DNA of 64,000 nt from Octopus vulgaris (GCA_951406725.2 OX597816.1:4898001-4962000), one strand, 5' to 3'; shown: positions 1-17,305, counted from the first letter of the stretch. Notes: a model not told the origin generated them from the letters alone. Numbers and translations are program-made.

Positions 1-58
1 ATATATATATCACGTCATCGACCAGACTTTATAAATATATAGTTGAATCAATGGAAAA

Positions 59-94
59 GTCTTATGTTTCGAGCCTACACTCTTCGACAGGAGG
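59..94 (-). ncRNA. Hammerhead-like remnant (CTGTCGA core)
   Basis: Minus strand CTGTCGA A GAG tgtagg CTC GAAA CATA AGAC after a CT-rich tract; A6 is altered. Confidence 0.35.
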
Positions 95-1617
95 GAATAA
101 GAGGAAACAAATAGAGAGAGAATGACAAAAACGTGTAGAGCTTAGTGTTCCAACTTGGCGAATGATTGGAAAAAAGAGGTTGAATGAAAGGGAGATAATA
201 AGACAGATATATATACTCCTATACTCTTTTACTTGTTTCAGTCATTTGACTGTGACCATGCTGGAGCACTGCCTTTAGTCGAGCAAATCGATCCCCAAGG
301 ACTTATTCTTTGTAAGCCTAGTACTTATTCTATCGGTCTGTGTATCGCAATTCCGGGGTTATTTCCCTTCACAGATATTGTTTTGAGATGAGTTGGGGTG
401 TTAGATTCCTTTGTTCGAAAATATAAGGACACAGATCGTGTCCTATAGCCAGCTGGAGACGATGTCCTCCTGGGGCTAAATTACAGCAACATTCGTCCTA
501 AACCAGGACTGCCATGTTATGTTGGCAAACAATCTTTTACTTCAAAGTACTGTTGCTGAAAATCTCTCGTTGTGAGATTTAAAAATAGTAATTTTCGAAG
601 AGATGCTTTCTTCATTCTTCTATATAATATAGACGAAGCAGCTGACTCTTTAGCGCATCGGACAAAATGTTTAGCGGAATTTCGTCCGGCTCTTTACGTT
701 CTGACATCAAAATCTGCCGGCGTCGACTTTGTTTTCATTCTCTCAAGGTCAATAAAGTACAGGAATCAATGTTAACATCTTTTCTTTTACCCTCCAGATT
801 TCTGGCTCCGTACCAAAATCAGAAAGATTTAATGTATGTAATAAACACCATGACAATGGACAAGATCCAGGCGAGATGATCTCACCCGCTAACTGAGGCC
901 TATATGGCCACAACTGACCAGAGACAGACAGTGGTGGAAGGAGTAATAAGACAGATATATATATTCTATACTCTTTTAATCTTTTATTCGTTTCAGTCAT
1001 TTGACTGCGGCCATGCTGGACCACCGCCTTTAGTCGAACAAATCGACCCAAGGGCTTATTCTTTGTAAGCCTAGTACTTATTCTATCGGTCACTTTTGCC
1101 GAACCGCTAAGTTATGGGACATAAACACACCAGCATCGGTTGTCAAGCGATGTTGGAGGGACAAACACAGATACACAAACATATACATATATATATGTAT
1201 ACGACTGGCTCCTTTCAGTTTCCGCCTACCAAATCCACTCACAAGGCTTTGGTCGACCCGAGGGTTATAGTAGAAGACACTTGCTCACTGACTGACCCCG
1301 GGATTATGTGGTTGGTAAGCAAGCTACTTACCACCTGCGCCTATATAAGAGAAAACTGTAGTTAAGAAGTGGTTCAAAGAAAAGTCAACAGAATTTTATG
1401 GGACAGGGATGCATGCTCTCATTCGAAGGTGGAATATTGCTATTCAGGGAAACGGTAACTATGCTGGGAAGTAGGGATGTGATCCCCAGAGGAGCAGCTT
1501 CATTTTGATGCATGATACATGTTTCTCTGTTGGTAATTATACCTGTCCTAAACAAAATGGTATTACTTTTTGACTCACTCTCGTATACATACATACATAC
1601 ATACATACATACATACA

Positions 1618-1701
<84 letters not shown>

Positions 1702-2171
1702 TAGGTTAGCATAAATAAATATAAGAAATCATCTATTTATATAGATTGTATGCAATAGAGAAATTTGTCTGAATATAAAATATCTTGATGAGTAGAAAAA
1801 AAAATCAACAGCGCAAAGTTCAAAGGTATGTTGGGGTTTCTATCCTGATTGTGCAATATCTTTAACTACCCAGAACAGCACTGCTTAGGAAGCACCTTCA
1901 ACTATTGTCTTAAGGAAACCAGAGGATAAGTTTGCATTTTCAGCGCATGCTTAGAAGTAGTTCGATAAGTTAGAGAGACATCGACAGGGTTTAGTTTCAA
2001 CGATGTTGCATTGTACTATAAAAATATATCTAAAGATGTTTAACCTTTAGTGTATGTCACGTATGAAATTTCAGCTTGTCAGGGTTTACAACAGAACAGC
2101 ACTTGTATGCGCAGACCTGAGCAAGGTTTATTTTGCGCAGACTATCAGTTACGCTATAAAGAAACACTCTT

Positions 2172-2405
2172 AAGGCGGCTAACTGGCAGAAACGTTAGCG
2201 CGCCGGGCGAAATGCTTAGCAGTATTTCGCCTGCCGTTATGTTCTGAGTTCAAATTCCGCCGAGGTCGACTTTGCCTTTCATCCTATCGGGGTCGACAAA
2301 TTAAGTACCAGTTACGCACTGGGGTCGATATAATCGACTTAATCCGTTTGTATGTCCTTGTTTGTCCTCTCTTTGTTTAGCCCCTTGTGGGTAATAAAGA
2401 AATAT
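2172..2405 (+). mobile_element. SINE family B with Deu/Nin-like core (representative)
   Basis: GGCGG..CTGGCAGAAACGTTAGC...GAGTTCAAATTCC...GCCTTTCATCCT.TCGGGGTCGA.AAATTAAGTACCAG. Other copies at 9200-9435, 44745-44965, 45860-46700 and many fragments. Confidence 0.88.
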
Positions 2406-2802
2406 ATAAAGAAACACTCTAATATCCATGTCACCTATGTCTTCCAAAGGCGATCCGAGACAAGGGCCAATACAGATTGGAGCCACTGTAATCATAGACA
2501 TTCTTATGTGAGAACTCAAAAGCCTGGCCCTTTGCCAAAAAGAACGTTAATGATTTCGCAAATTCATTACACCAAGATTGATACCGCTTTATTGACTCTT
2601 TTACTCTTTTACTTGTTTCAGTCATTTAACTGTGGCCATGCTGGAGCACCGCATTTAGTCGAGCAAATTGACTCCAGGACTTATTCTTTGTAAGCCTAGT
2701 ACTTATTCTATCCGTTTCTTTTGCTGAACCGCTAAGTTACGGGGACGTAAACACACCAGCATCGGTTGTCAAGCGATGGTGGGGGGACAAACACAAACAA
2801 AC

Positions 2803-2901
<99 letters not shown>

Positions 2902-3224
2902 GACGGCTTCTTTCAGATTCTGTCTACCAAATTGACACACAAGGCTTTAGTTGATCCGAGGCTATAGTAGAAGACACTTGCCCAAGTTGCCACGCAGTGT
3001 GACTGAACCCGGAACCATGTGGTTTGTAAGCAAGCTACTTACCACACAGCCACTTCTGCGACTCTGAAAAGATAAAATGTTCAGTTGACTTCAGCAGCAT
3101 TTGAACTCAAAGAGTTGGAATCAAGAAATATTCTCTTCAACACTATACCCACTCAGCCAGTTTTTGTCTCACAGTATATAAATACCTTCACTTTATACAG
3201 AGATATAAAGGCATCATGTATATA

Positions 3225-3447
3225 CATGGTTGGCCAAAAGTCACACGACAGTAAATCAAAATTCCATAAATACTATCTGAAATTCTGTATTGACTCGAAA
3301 GGAAGAATGTGTCACTCAAGAAGGACTTCAGTTTGAACACTTTTCATGATGTTTCATATTTAGGGGATCTTATTAAATTCATTCAGTTGTTAAACACTGG
3401 AATGAAATGGCTTTGATTTACTGTCAGCTGACTTTTGGCCAAGCTTG
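3225..3447. mobile_element. Tc1/mariner-type MITE
   Basis: TA flanks; TIR CATGGTTGGCCAAAAGTCACACGACAGTAAATCAAA versus TTTGATTTACTGTCAGCTGACTTTTGGCCAAGCTTG. Confidence 0.8.
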
Positions 3448-3697
3448 TATATAGTGGCGTAAACACCTCATGATTAAATACAACATATTCGTGGACACAA
3501 AAAATAAACTAGGGATCAGAATAATTGCTGTGGTCACTTAACGCTGTTTATAACGTCACTATTCTAGTTGGCTCACGTAAATCGGTAAGACTGACTGGCA
3601 TAATTAACGCATTCTTCGCAGTTAATTTCTTTAATGAGTTACTGAAGATTTAACTCGTTGGCTTTGATGCTATGTATATTCTGTATATATACACAGG

Positions 3698-4075
3698 TGG
3701 AGGCGCAATGGCTCAGTGGTTAGGGCAGCGGACGCGCGGTCGTAGGATCGCGGTTTCGATTCCCAGACCGGGCGTTGTGAGTGTTTATTGAGCGAAAACA
3801 CCTTAAGTTCTACGAGGCTCTATTAGGGTGGTAGTGATCCCTGCTGTACTCTTTCAACACAACTTTCTCTCACTCTTACTTCCTGTTTCTGTTGTACCTG
3901 TATTTAAAAGGGGCCAGATTTGTCACACTCAGTGTCACTTGTATCTCTCCGGAGAACTACGTCAAGGGTACACGTGTCTGTGGAGTGCTCAGCCACTTGC
4001 ACGGTAATTCCACGAGCAGGCTGTTCCGTTGATCGGATCAAGTGGAATCCTCATCGTCGTAAACGACGGAGTGCC
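3698..4075 (+). mobile_element. tRNA-derived SINE family D (partial second copy 4728-4990)
   Basis: GGCGCAATGGCTCAGTGGTTAGGGCAGCGGAC...GGTTTCGATTCCCAGACCGGGCG, a tRNA-like head with A and B boxes. Confidence 0.8.
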
Positions 4076-4264
4076 GTATACACGCATATTCATATGCACA
4101 TCTATGTATGCGTACATATGTATATGTATGTATTTATAAATATATTGATTTATTAATTAGTATTAATTCTATTGATATTATTAATTTCTTTGGCTCGTAG
4201 TAACTTCCCCCCACCCAGCAAACTAATTGAAATTACTTGTAATGGTATTGTGTTTGTGCATTTG

Positions 4265-4336
<72 letters not shown>

Positions 4337-4369
4337 GAGGGATTTTGATTGGGTAGTTGTGATTAGTTT

Positions 4370-4729
<360 letters not shown>

Positions 4730-4996
4730 AGGCGCGGTCGTAGGATCGCGGTTTCGATTCCCAGACCGGGCGTTGTGTGTGTTTATTGAGCGAAAAACAC
4801 CTTAAAAGCTCCACGAGTCTCCGGCAGGGGGGGGGTGATCCCTGCTGTACTCTTTCACCACTCTTTCTGTCTCTCTTTCTTTTGTTGGCCTCCTCGCTTA
4901 GCCAGCGGGGTGGCGTCATTCGAAGGCAAAAACAATGCGAACGCATTGTGACCAGCGATGTATAACAACATCTGATGGTCTGGTCAGTCACATGAT

Positions 4997-5053
<57 letters not shown>

Positions 5054-7049
5054 TAACTTGCAAGTGACTGAGCACTCCACAGACACACGTACTCTAAAAG
5101 GAGTTCTCAATGAGATTCAGCGTGACAGAGTGTGACAAGGCTGGCCCTTTGAATTACAGGTACAATTCATTTTTGTCAGCTGAGTGGACTGGGTGACGTG
5201 AAATAACATGTCTTGATCACGGACTCAACACACCGCCACGAGTCCAACTCACGACCCAACGCTCATAAGCCGAATGCCTTAACTCCTTAGCCACACGCCT
5301 TCATGTCCTGGATGTGACTTTAAGCTGCATCCAGTTGTAGGACTCTGATTCGGGAATTCCAGAATTTGGAGGAGTGTGGAACCATCTTTTAGCCAGTATC
5401 CATTCCAAGGTCTGTTCTGACTCGAAGATGTCGCACCTCCCAGAATCCCAGCTATGGGGTAACTAGCATGTGAGCACAGCCCGCAAAAATACTTAGGTTG
5501 ATGCCCGAGGGTGCAGTAAGCCCACTGGGTGTCAGGGGCCCCTGATCTTTCATAAGGCATCCCTTTTGGGAGAAGGTTAACTTGTATATAAAACCTGTTG
5601 CTCTATGGAGCTGGATATCTCGCACGTTGATTGTCTCTGGGCTTCTTGGTATTGTTATTGAGGATCATTGTGGTATTGTACAAGTCGCACTCGACTTAAA
5701 ATACTTGAAAGAGCACAAGTTTTGCTGGCACTTGTCAGCAATGGTCATGCTCGTCTAACGAGTAGACAGCCATCATCATGTATGTATAAGTATGTGTGTA
5801 TAAAGAGAGAGAGAGAGAGAGAGGCGAGAAAAAGAGCGTTGAAATAGACATCAGAGATGCTTTGTCCCGGGTAGTGACGGCTGGAGCTACTCAGAGGTTT
5901 TACAGATTCTTCTAATCCATCGCAAGGCTGGAAACCATTCCGTATTGTCAGCAAGGATCTCAGGGTTACAAGCGTTTCGCCCCTTAGTCTGCGTGACATG
6001 GCGAAGACTGAACGGAAGGGTTCCACATGTGGGCTCTTATCAAGCATAGCCACCTTGAACTGGTCTCGGCTTCCGTGTATTTCTCTTCCGTGCCTTTTTT
6101 TCTGTTAATTGGGTTACAGACTTTTATTCCGTAGGAAATCGCGAATCTATGATGTATGTATGTATGTATGTATGTATGTATGTATGTATGTATGTATGTA
6201 TAAATCCTTAATAAATCCTTAAAAATGTTTTAGCCCGAAGGCCGCGGCCATGCTGTATGTATGTATGTATGTATGTAGGTAGGTAGGTATATCTTTCTTT
6301 TTGTACACACACACACAAACACATATATCATAGGTGACCAAAAACTTATATATAGCTTACCAAAATAGAATCCATCAGATCACGCACGCAAACGGAAGAA
6401 ATTAAAAGTGTGAGGAATTGCAGACGTTACAGAGAAAAGAGACGAAAATACAGAAAAGTTTCTGGTAACATTAATTGAAAAAATTAAATTTTGGCTTTTA
6501 ATTTCTCTGTCTTGTTTACTCGATGGATATTTCATAAGCAGGTTTTCCAATAACTTTTTCGAAAGTCGTCTTTATGTTTATCAGTCAATTATATTATATT
6601 CTACTTGTGTGTTTGACGTTAATAAATCTATATATGTTATTAAAATAAAATTAAAATAATGAAAATTATATGAAAGTAGCATTGCAAATAACGTAAATGT
6701 TACAGGATATGGAATTCTCCACCGAAAAAGGCAGCCGTTATCAATGATAATGGCGGCTGGCATATGTTATTTATCGGCTCACTGTAGCGGTTGTGTTTAC
6801 CCACATTCTTTTACTTATACAGAAGTGACTGCGGTATCATATTCGTCAAAGTCATCCAATATTGAAGTTCATTCACACGTTTTATGATTTTTGGTTAAGC
6901 CAATCTATATATTAACTTTCAAAAAGTCAATATTAAATTTTAAATATTAATTATAAAGTTTCAAATGTCGTAAAGTTAATACGATATTTTTTAATAGTGA
7001 TTTATATTTGCGTACAAAGTTTTTTTTTTAATGTTAATGTAAGTTTATT

Positions 7050-8520
7050 TTAATGCAAATGATTTCATAATGACGCAGGTATTTCATACGATTGTATTAT
7101 ATTATCCTGTTCGTCGAATAAAATAAATTAATATAAATGTTGTATATCTGAGTGAAGTATTTATAAGCTTAATAGAATTTTTACCAATATGCCAAGACTC
7201 CACGTCTCTCTCTCCCTCTCTCTGTCTTTATTACTACTATCCGATTTAGCCTGAGAGCTGATATTCTATTGATGGTGTATAGAAAGATGCTTGTGTTTAA
7301 TCCCCATATACGTAATGATGAATAAACATTTTAACTTCTAGTTGGGTTGCAAAAAGTAAAGGCGTGTTGATAATAGCGTGTTTTGAAACGATTTAATATG
7401 TTTATTCATCATATATTTCTCTTGGCAATTTGGCTATATCTAATTAACGCAGTTACAATTTCGGTCCATTTTAGTTAGTCGTAGGTTTGTTTGTTTGTTT
7501 TATGGAAATTGGACGAAACAAGTATATGAATAAAAAGCTGGGAGTGGTTTAATAGAAGTTATCTACGATATTTTCTTATTAATTTGATTGTTGTATCTGT
7601 GTTGTGAAGGAAGTGCTTAGTTTCTTATTCGAAAAATCGTTGGTGCTAGTGGAGTTGCAACGCCAAAATTGTCAAAGGTTTTATATCAAATTATGTTCCA
7701 TTTACTTCTTTTTGTATTTATTTTTTCTGCTTCTTTGTGTAGATTGTCTTAATATCCACATTTCGACAACGTATCCTTATAACAAATTGAGTTATCTAAG
7801 AATATTTGTTTGTTCGTCAAGTGTTTGGAAAACTTACGTAGTGTATTTTAGCAATGTTGTACCGTGGGTGCTTTGATAGGCAAGGACGTAAAGAAGTATT
7901 TAGATTTATGACACAAAAAGGCATAGCTTCAAAAAACGATTTGCTACCAAAATGTCCTGATTTAATTTTGCATTGTCTGAAGAAACAACGTAACTTTCTC
8001 AATTGATCGATTTGTGGTTTTTTCATGATTAACAATGCATCGTTCCGGTAAACATTTCCTTCAGTATTTGGTATTTCCATACAGTAGAAGCCTACAGCCT
8101 ACAATGTTGCTTATTTCGGCAAAACAGTAGGTGCCAAAGCTCTGGTCAAATTGATTATAAGTTCTTTTAAATTTACCAAGTGTTTATATTCTAATGTAGT
8201 TTTCGAGCAACCATTATTTTCCTATTTTTCTTTCGTTAATGTCTAAAATAGAACAGGAGTGATTTACGGCATTAATTTTGAATGAGGAATGGCCTGTAAA
8301 CTTGGATGTAAAACGTCGCTGTTTTAAGTATGCCAATATTCTAAACTATTCCACTACCATAACTATATTTTCCCAGGGAACTAGGAGAGATGTGGAAATT
8401 AAATTTTAGATAATTAGATCCAATACGATATTGCTAATTTTATCCATGTAGGATTAACAAAGTTTATAATTTGTTACAACTGGAAGATATTTTATAGTCT
8501 TTAAGTTGAATTCTTTAAAA
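7050..8520 (-). mobile_element. Decayed Penelope-like retroelement (RT plus GIY-YIG relic)
   Basis: Collinear frameshifted motifs on the minus strand: IQLKDYK (about 8500; cf. ITLKDHK), VNPT..DKISNIVLDLII (about 8450; cf. INP..GKISK.ILD), FDQSFGTYCFAEISNIVG (about 8130; cf. FDVTMGSYDGAEVCELVG), VYRNDAL..QIDQLRK (about 8040; cf. LYRDDGL), FKTRYYQH..TF (about 7375; endonuclease region). Comparisons are from recalled consensus. Confidence 0.72.
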
Positions 8521-9596
8521 CAATAGTAAATAAAACTATCTAGATCTTTGAAGTTTGATATTCAAAAGTACAAACAAATAATCATAATCTATACAGCAGG
8601 AAATTGCTCAGAATATATCGTGCTAAACCGTAATGTGGCAATAAAAACCATACAATCTATGTACATCAGAGAGTTATGAAATCCTGTTAAAAAGTAAATA
8701 TTCATTAATGAGAAGTCATTGCGAGAAAGCCGCAAAAATAATGAATATTTCAATTCCATAACATATCCACTACAGCACAAAAGAATCGTTTGCACTAATT
8801 TATTGGAAAAAGCCTTGATATTTACGCTTTCAGATCATTAAAAATTGTTCGAACTAAAAAAACATCAAACGATCCAAATTTTAAATTTTGAAATTAAAAT
8901 GTAAAACTTCGTATGGATTGACTTTACAACGAGCCATAAAATATATGAATGAATTTTATTTAATACTGAATCAAATAAATGAATACGATACAATTAACTT
9001 GTCGAATATCACATTGAACCGATAAACATGGGTCTTTATAATGATCAATACCTTTCTCTAACCGGATTTTCATTCCACATCTTTTATCATTTTGATAATG
9101 TACATTTTATTTCTAATAGCTAATTGATAATTTTTACAAACTTATTAACTTCAAACAGATAGTAGAATATATATTTAATTAACAGGACTAAGGATGTTGA
9201 AGGCGGCGGGCTGGCAGAAACGTTAGCACGCCGGGAGAAATGCTTAGCGGTATTTCGTCTGCCATTACGTTCTGAGTTCAAATTCCGCTGAGGTCGACTT
9301 TGCCTTTCATCCATTCGGGTGGATAAATTAAGTACCAGTTACACACTGGGGTCGATGTAATCAACTTAATCCGTTTGTCTGTCCTTGTTTGTCCTCTCTG
9401 CGTGTAGCCCCTTGTGGGCAGTACAGAAATAAGAAATAAGGAAGTGGTTTGTGAAAGCTGTCACTACAAGAAACATTCCTTAAAATCTATCCACCGAAAA
9501 AAGAAACTACACAGAAATTACTCACAGATATTTTGCTTCAAGATTTTTATCTCACATTTCCTACCATTTCCACATAATTATTTTCTTTTTCTCTTT

Positions 9597-9805
9597 CGGG
9601 TGTGCTGGAAAAGTTCCTGGCTTTGGAAAATACAGGAGAATCGGTTAGTTATGATTTTATTCAACATATTCGCTTCGCCGATTCAAACCCTTATTGCAGT
9701 GGTCCTTCAGTTCTTCTAAGCCCTGTAAAAGAACTTGGAAGGTTGGGCCTCCAGCCAGGCCCTTTGCAATACCTTTAAAGCCAGGAACTTTTCAGCAACA
9801 CCTCG
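9597..9805. mobile_element. mariner-type MITE
   Basis: TIR GTGCTGGAAAAGTTCCTGGCTTT / AAAGCCAGGAACTTTTCAGCAAC, with TA on the right. Confidence 0.75.
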
Positions 9806-9990
9806 TAATTCCTCATACTCTTTCAATTTTTAGCGGATTTACATTTATTCACTAGGGATACGCGAACTCATCACCCACGCTCGTCGTATCTTCTCTTGAC
9901 TACTCCCTACATCTCTAAACTCCTCACTCGAATATTTCTTCCCTTCAAATACCTTTTCTCATTCAGACTTCTTAATTTTCCTTCTATGAG

Positions 9991-10030
9991 TTACTTCTGA
10001 TGAAGGACTAGACTCCGAAGCGTGAGGACT
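9991..10030 (+). ncRNA. Decayed hammerhead remnant
   Basis: CTGATGA A GGA ctagac TCC GAAG CGTG after a CT-rich tract; GAAA and the cleavage triplet are mutated. Confidence 0.4.
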
Positions 10031-10480
10031 ATCTCACTTTAAAGTGTTAAACAAGTCAAACAATTGCTAAACCTGGTTCGTCCTGAGTGTTTTTAGCTTG
10101 CTTTCCGTTTATTAAATTTTATATATATATATATGCATATATATATATATATATGCATATACATAAATATGATGCAAACATATAAACAAATACACTTATG
10201 TGTGTGTGTGTGTGTGTGTGAGTGTGTGCGCATGCTTGCCTGTGTGTGTGTGACAAGCTTCTTTCAGTTTCCGCCTACGAAATCCACTCACAAGGTCTTG
10301 GTCGGCCCGGGGCGATAATAGAATACTCCTACCCAAGCTGCCATGCAAGGGGACTGAACCCGGAACCATGTAGTGGCTGGGAAGCAAGTTTCTTACCACA
10401 CAAATATGCCTTCACCAGTGCGCGCGCACACACGCACACACACAGGTGCACACGCACACACATATATATATATATACTTT

Positions 10481-10730
10481 TGTGTCTGAGGAGAGTCATT
10501 CTCTTTTAGTGCCTTATTATTTAACACACTCACTATTGAAAAGGTTGCAAGACGCAACGAAAATTTTAGAAAATAAAAAATAAGAAATAAGTGGAAATTT
10601 TACCGGTGAGTGTGTTAAATAATAAGGCACAAAAAGAAAATGACTCTCCCCAGACACAACAGAATATGCTTCAACACACGAACTCATATAAAGAATCTTG
10701 CAAACCAAATCCAAATCCAAAAACGAAATA
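10481..10730 (+). mobile_element. Foldback element with HHR-like fold (second copy about 27180-27345)
   Basis: 10481-10533 is inverted to 10605-10658; the body is shared with 27214-27335. Confidence 0.7.
10533..10569 (+). ncRNA. Hammerhead-like fold with U3-A8 core (TTGAAAA)
   Basis: CTA TTGAAAA G GTTGC aagac GCAAC GAAA ATT T TAG. The second copy at 27214-27250 has CTGAAAA. Confidence 0.45.
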
Positions 10731-10740
10731 TATATATATA

Positions 10741-11420
<680 letters not shown>

Positions 11421-11522
11421 TATATATATATATTATACTTCGTGAAATTTGATTTAGTATTCCTAAATTGAATTTTTCCCTGTAAGTTTGGAATAATATT
11501 CCCTCATATTATTATTATTTTT

Positions 11523-11565
<43 letters not shown>

Positions 11566-12299
11566 GACGGACTTTTTCAGATTCCATCTAGCAAAACCAT
11601 TCACAAGGGTCTGGTGGGCCCGAGGCTGTAATAGAAGACACTTTCCCAAGGTGCAACGCAGTGGGACAAAACCCGGAACAATGTGGTTGGTAAGCAAGCT
11701 ACTTACCACACACCCACTCGTAAATATATATGTGTGAGTGTGTATGTGTGTTGGGATCATGAATGACAGTATTTCCTTAATGATAGAGAATTTCCGATGA
11801 TGGCGCTGAATACAACGTACGCATATGTGCGTGGTTTCAATCCCAGACCATGAAATGTTGACCAAGTGACTTCTAGTATGATTTCGAGTCGACTGAAGGA
11901 TTGTGAGTGAATTTGGTAGGGGGAAACTGAACGAAGACCCCTGTATATATTTGTATGCGCGTATGCGTGTTGACATCATGTGTTGGTTGTAGAAGAACAA
12001 AAGAGCCCAGCTGCTGTACAATTGATGGACTTTGCTTCAAATCTGAAAAGAAAAAAATGTCCGAAACTGGGGAAGAATTAATTCCTTGGAAACTGTTGAT
12101 GGTTGGTGCCAGGAATGACTTCTGACTGTAGAAAATCTTCTTCGATATATTCTGTCTGAGCGATGCAAGTTTGGAAAAGTAGACAAGCAAACGAGAAAAC
12201 TGTTACTGCTGCTGCTGCTACTGATAATGTCGATGATGATGATGACGACAACGACGACGATAATGTTGATGATGTTGATGACGATGATGATGTTTACCA

Positions 12300-15603
<3,304 letters not shown>

Positions 15604-15812
15604 TCATCCTTCGTATGGTTCAGCAAATATAGCCACATCACTTTTTTTCAAATCTCTGAACTCACATTGTACTTGTCTCATGTGGCCGTTAAGGATGATG
15701 ACAGAATACTTCATTGAGGTCAGCAAATATTCACTGAAGACATTGCCACCGATGATTGACCACTTATTTTCTAACCAAGGCCACGATTTTTCTTCATTGG
15801 TACGACCAATAC
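15604..15812 (-). CDS. FSTL5: FSTL4/5-like terminal coding exon F with TGA stop (absent from the ORF track)
   Basis: IGRTNEEKSWPWLENKWSIIGGNVFSEYLLTSMKYSVIILNGHMRQVQCEFRDLKKSDVAIFAEPYEG*, compare 'PWGG...SGLFGQYLLTP...LINGRQNTLRCEV'. Acceptor ttttctAG; 209 nt including the stop. Confidence 0.9.
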
Positions 15813-16276
15813 CTAGAAAAGATAAGACATAAAATACGACAGTGAAAAACCAGCCAAGAATGTCAATGGAACCGAAAATCCCTAATTCATGATAAAAAAA
15901 ATTACTCTATATTCTATTCCATGCTATTCAACTCCAAGAGAAAGATGAGGATAAATATCCGTCAAATGTAAACAGTGTACATAATTCCTCATCTCTTAAA
16001 TATAAAACTGTATTGTCCAAGAGAAAGGTTTCTAAATATTCTCTGAACCGGCAAGGAATGGTATCTGATACTTTTTCAAATAACGCTTACAGATTTGTTA
16101 TATTTCAAGACAGTCATTTTTTTTTTCAAACAAACATTGGCACTGTACAAATACATAAACGCAACTTATAGAATCATATAAAAGGAAAGCATTTCAGATT
16201 ATAAACAACTGCAGCGTGGAAGCCATTTAAAAACACACAAAACCGTTAGATTCACTTCAATATTTAAATTTAATTT

Positions 16277-16320
16277 GTCAAAATATTTTCGTCGCTTTGA
16301 AATCGCGACCTGTTCACTGC
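16277..16320 (-). ncRNA. Inverted partner copy of the G3-C8 hammerhead-like fold
   Basis: Minus strand GCA GTGAACA G GTCGC gatttcaaa GCGAC GAAA ATATT T TGAC. Same core and stem II, different loop II, stem I 5' strand reduced to 2 bp. Confidence 0.62.
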
Positions 16321-16330
16321 TGCAGCACGG

Positions 16331-16386
16331 AATTTAGTCAGTGAACAGGTCGCGGTCTGAAAGCGACGAAAATATTTTGACAAATT
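16331..16386 (+). ncRNA. Hammerhead-like fold with G3-C8 compensatory core (GTGAACA)
   Basis: GTCA GTGAACA G GTCGC ggtctgaaa GCGAC GAAA ATATT T TGAC: stem I GTCA/TGAC, stem II GTCGC/GCGAC, palindromic AATATT stem III. Confidence 0.72.
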
Positions 16387-17020
16387 AAATTTAAATATTG
16401 AAGTGAATCTAACGGCTTTTGTGTGATTTTAAATGGTTTATAAACACCTTCCACGCTGCCATTGTTTTTGTTTCAGCACACGATCTCAGATCAGGTCACT
16501 TGCTAATTATGAAGTCTTAAATACTCCTAAAAGAGGGAATGGGCTTTAATGGAATGCCATTGATCGCCGGCCTGAGCAATCAGTACGGCACAGAGATTAA
16601 ACAATTAATACAAACTCTATTCTTTTAGAGATTCAACAACTGTTTTACTAAGTTATAGACTTATAAATTTACTCGTCTACAGGCTGTGTCCCATTTTTAA
16701 ATGAAAGTGTTCAAGTGAAACCTATGGTCTAGATTTTCGTTGTACAAATAATAATTGTTTCAAATTTTGGCTAAAGGACAGCAATTCTACAGGGAGAGAG
16801 GAAGCATATGATAGCGACCTCAGTACTTAACTGGTACTTTATTTTATCAAACCCCAAATGATGAAAGGCAAAGTTGACCTTAGCCGGATTTTAGCTCGGA
16901 ATATTTAGCCGGAAGAAATGGTAAGATTTTTATCCGGCACTCTAGTGGTTCTGACATCTCACCCTTAATGATGACGATACGGCGGAGAAGGAGGAGGAGG
17001 AGGACGACGACTAGGACGAA

Positions 17021-17216
17021 AAGAAGAAGAAGAAGAAGAAGAAGAAGAAGAAGAAGAAGAAGAAGAAGAAGAAGAAGAAGAAGAAGAAGAAGATCACATG
17101 GCTCAGAGCCAACAGTTTTTGATAGGAGGGGAAATCAATTACATCTAAGCGACTGCTTGACTGGTACTTATTGTATCCACCCTGAAAGAGTGAAAAGTAA
17201 AGACAACCTCTGTAGA

Positions 17217-17277
<61 letters not shown>

Positions 17278-17305
17278 CAATAATAATAATAACAACAATA
17301 ATAAT
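17021..17305. repeat. (GAA)n and (AAT)n microsatellites
   Basis: (GAA)n at 17021-17092 and (AAT)n at 17218-17305. Dozens of other (TA)n, (CA)n, (TATG)n and (TATC)n tracts occur throughout the window. Confidence 0.97.

Larger units (their letters stand above)
16201..16468. mobile_element. Palindromic element made of two inverted HHR-like units
   Basis: Arms of about 110 bp (16201-16319 and 16339-16468) with an approximately 20-nt spacer. Confidence 0.85.

Noticed and set aside
3698-3775. tRNA gene
   Set aside because: tRNA-like A/B boxes continue into a SINE body with a second copy at 4728; no proper cloverleaf or acceptor stem.
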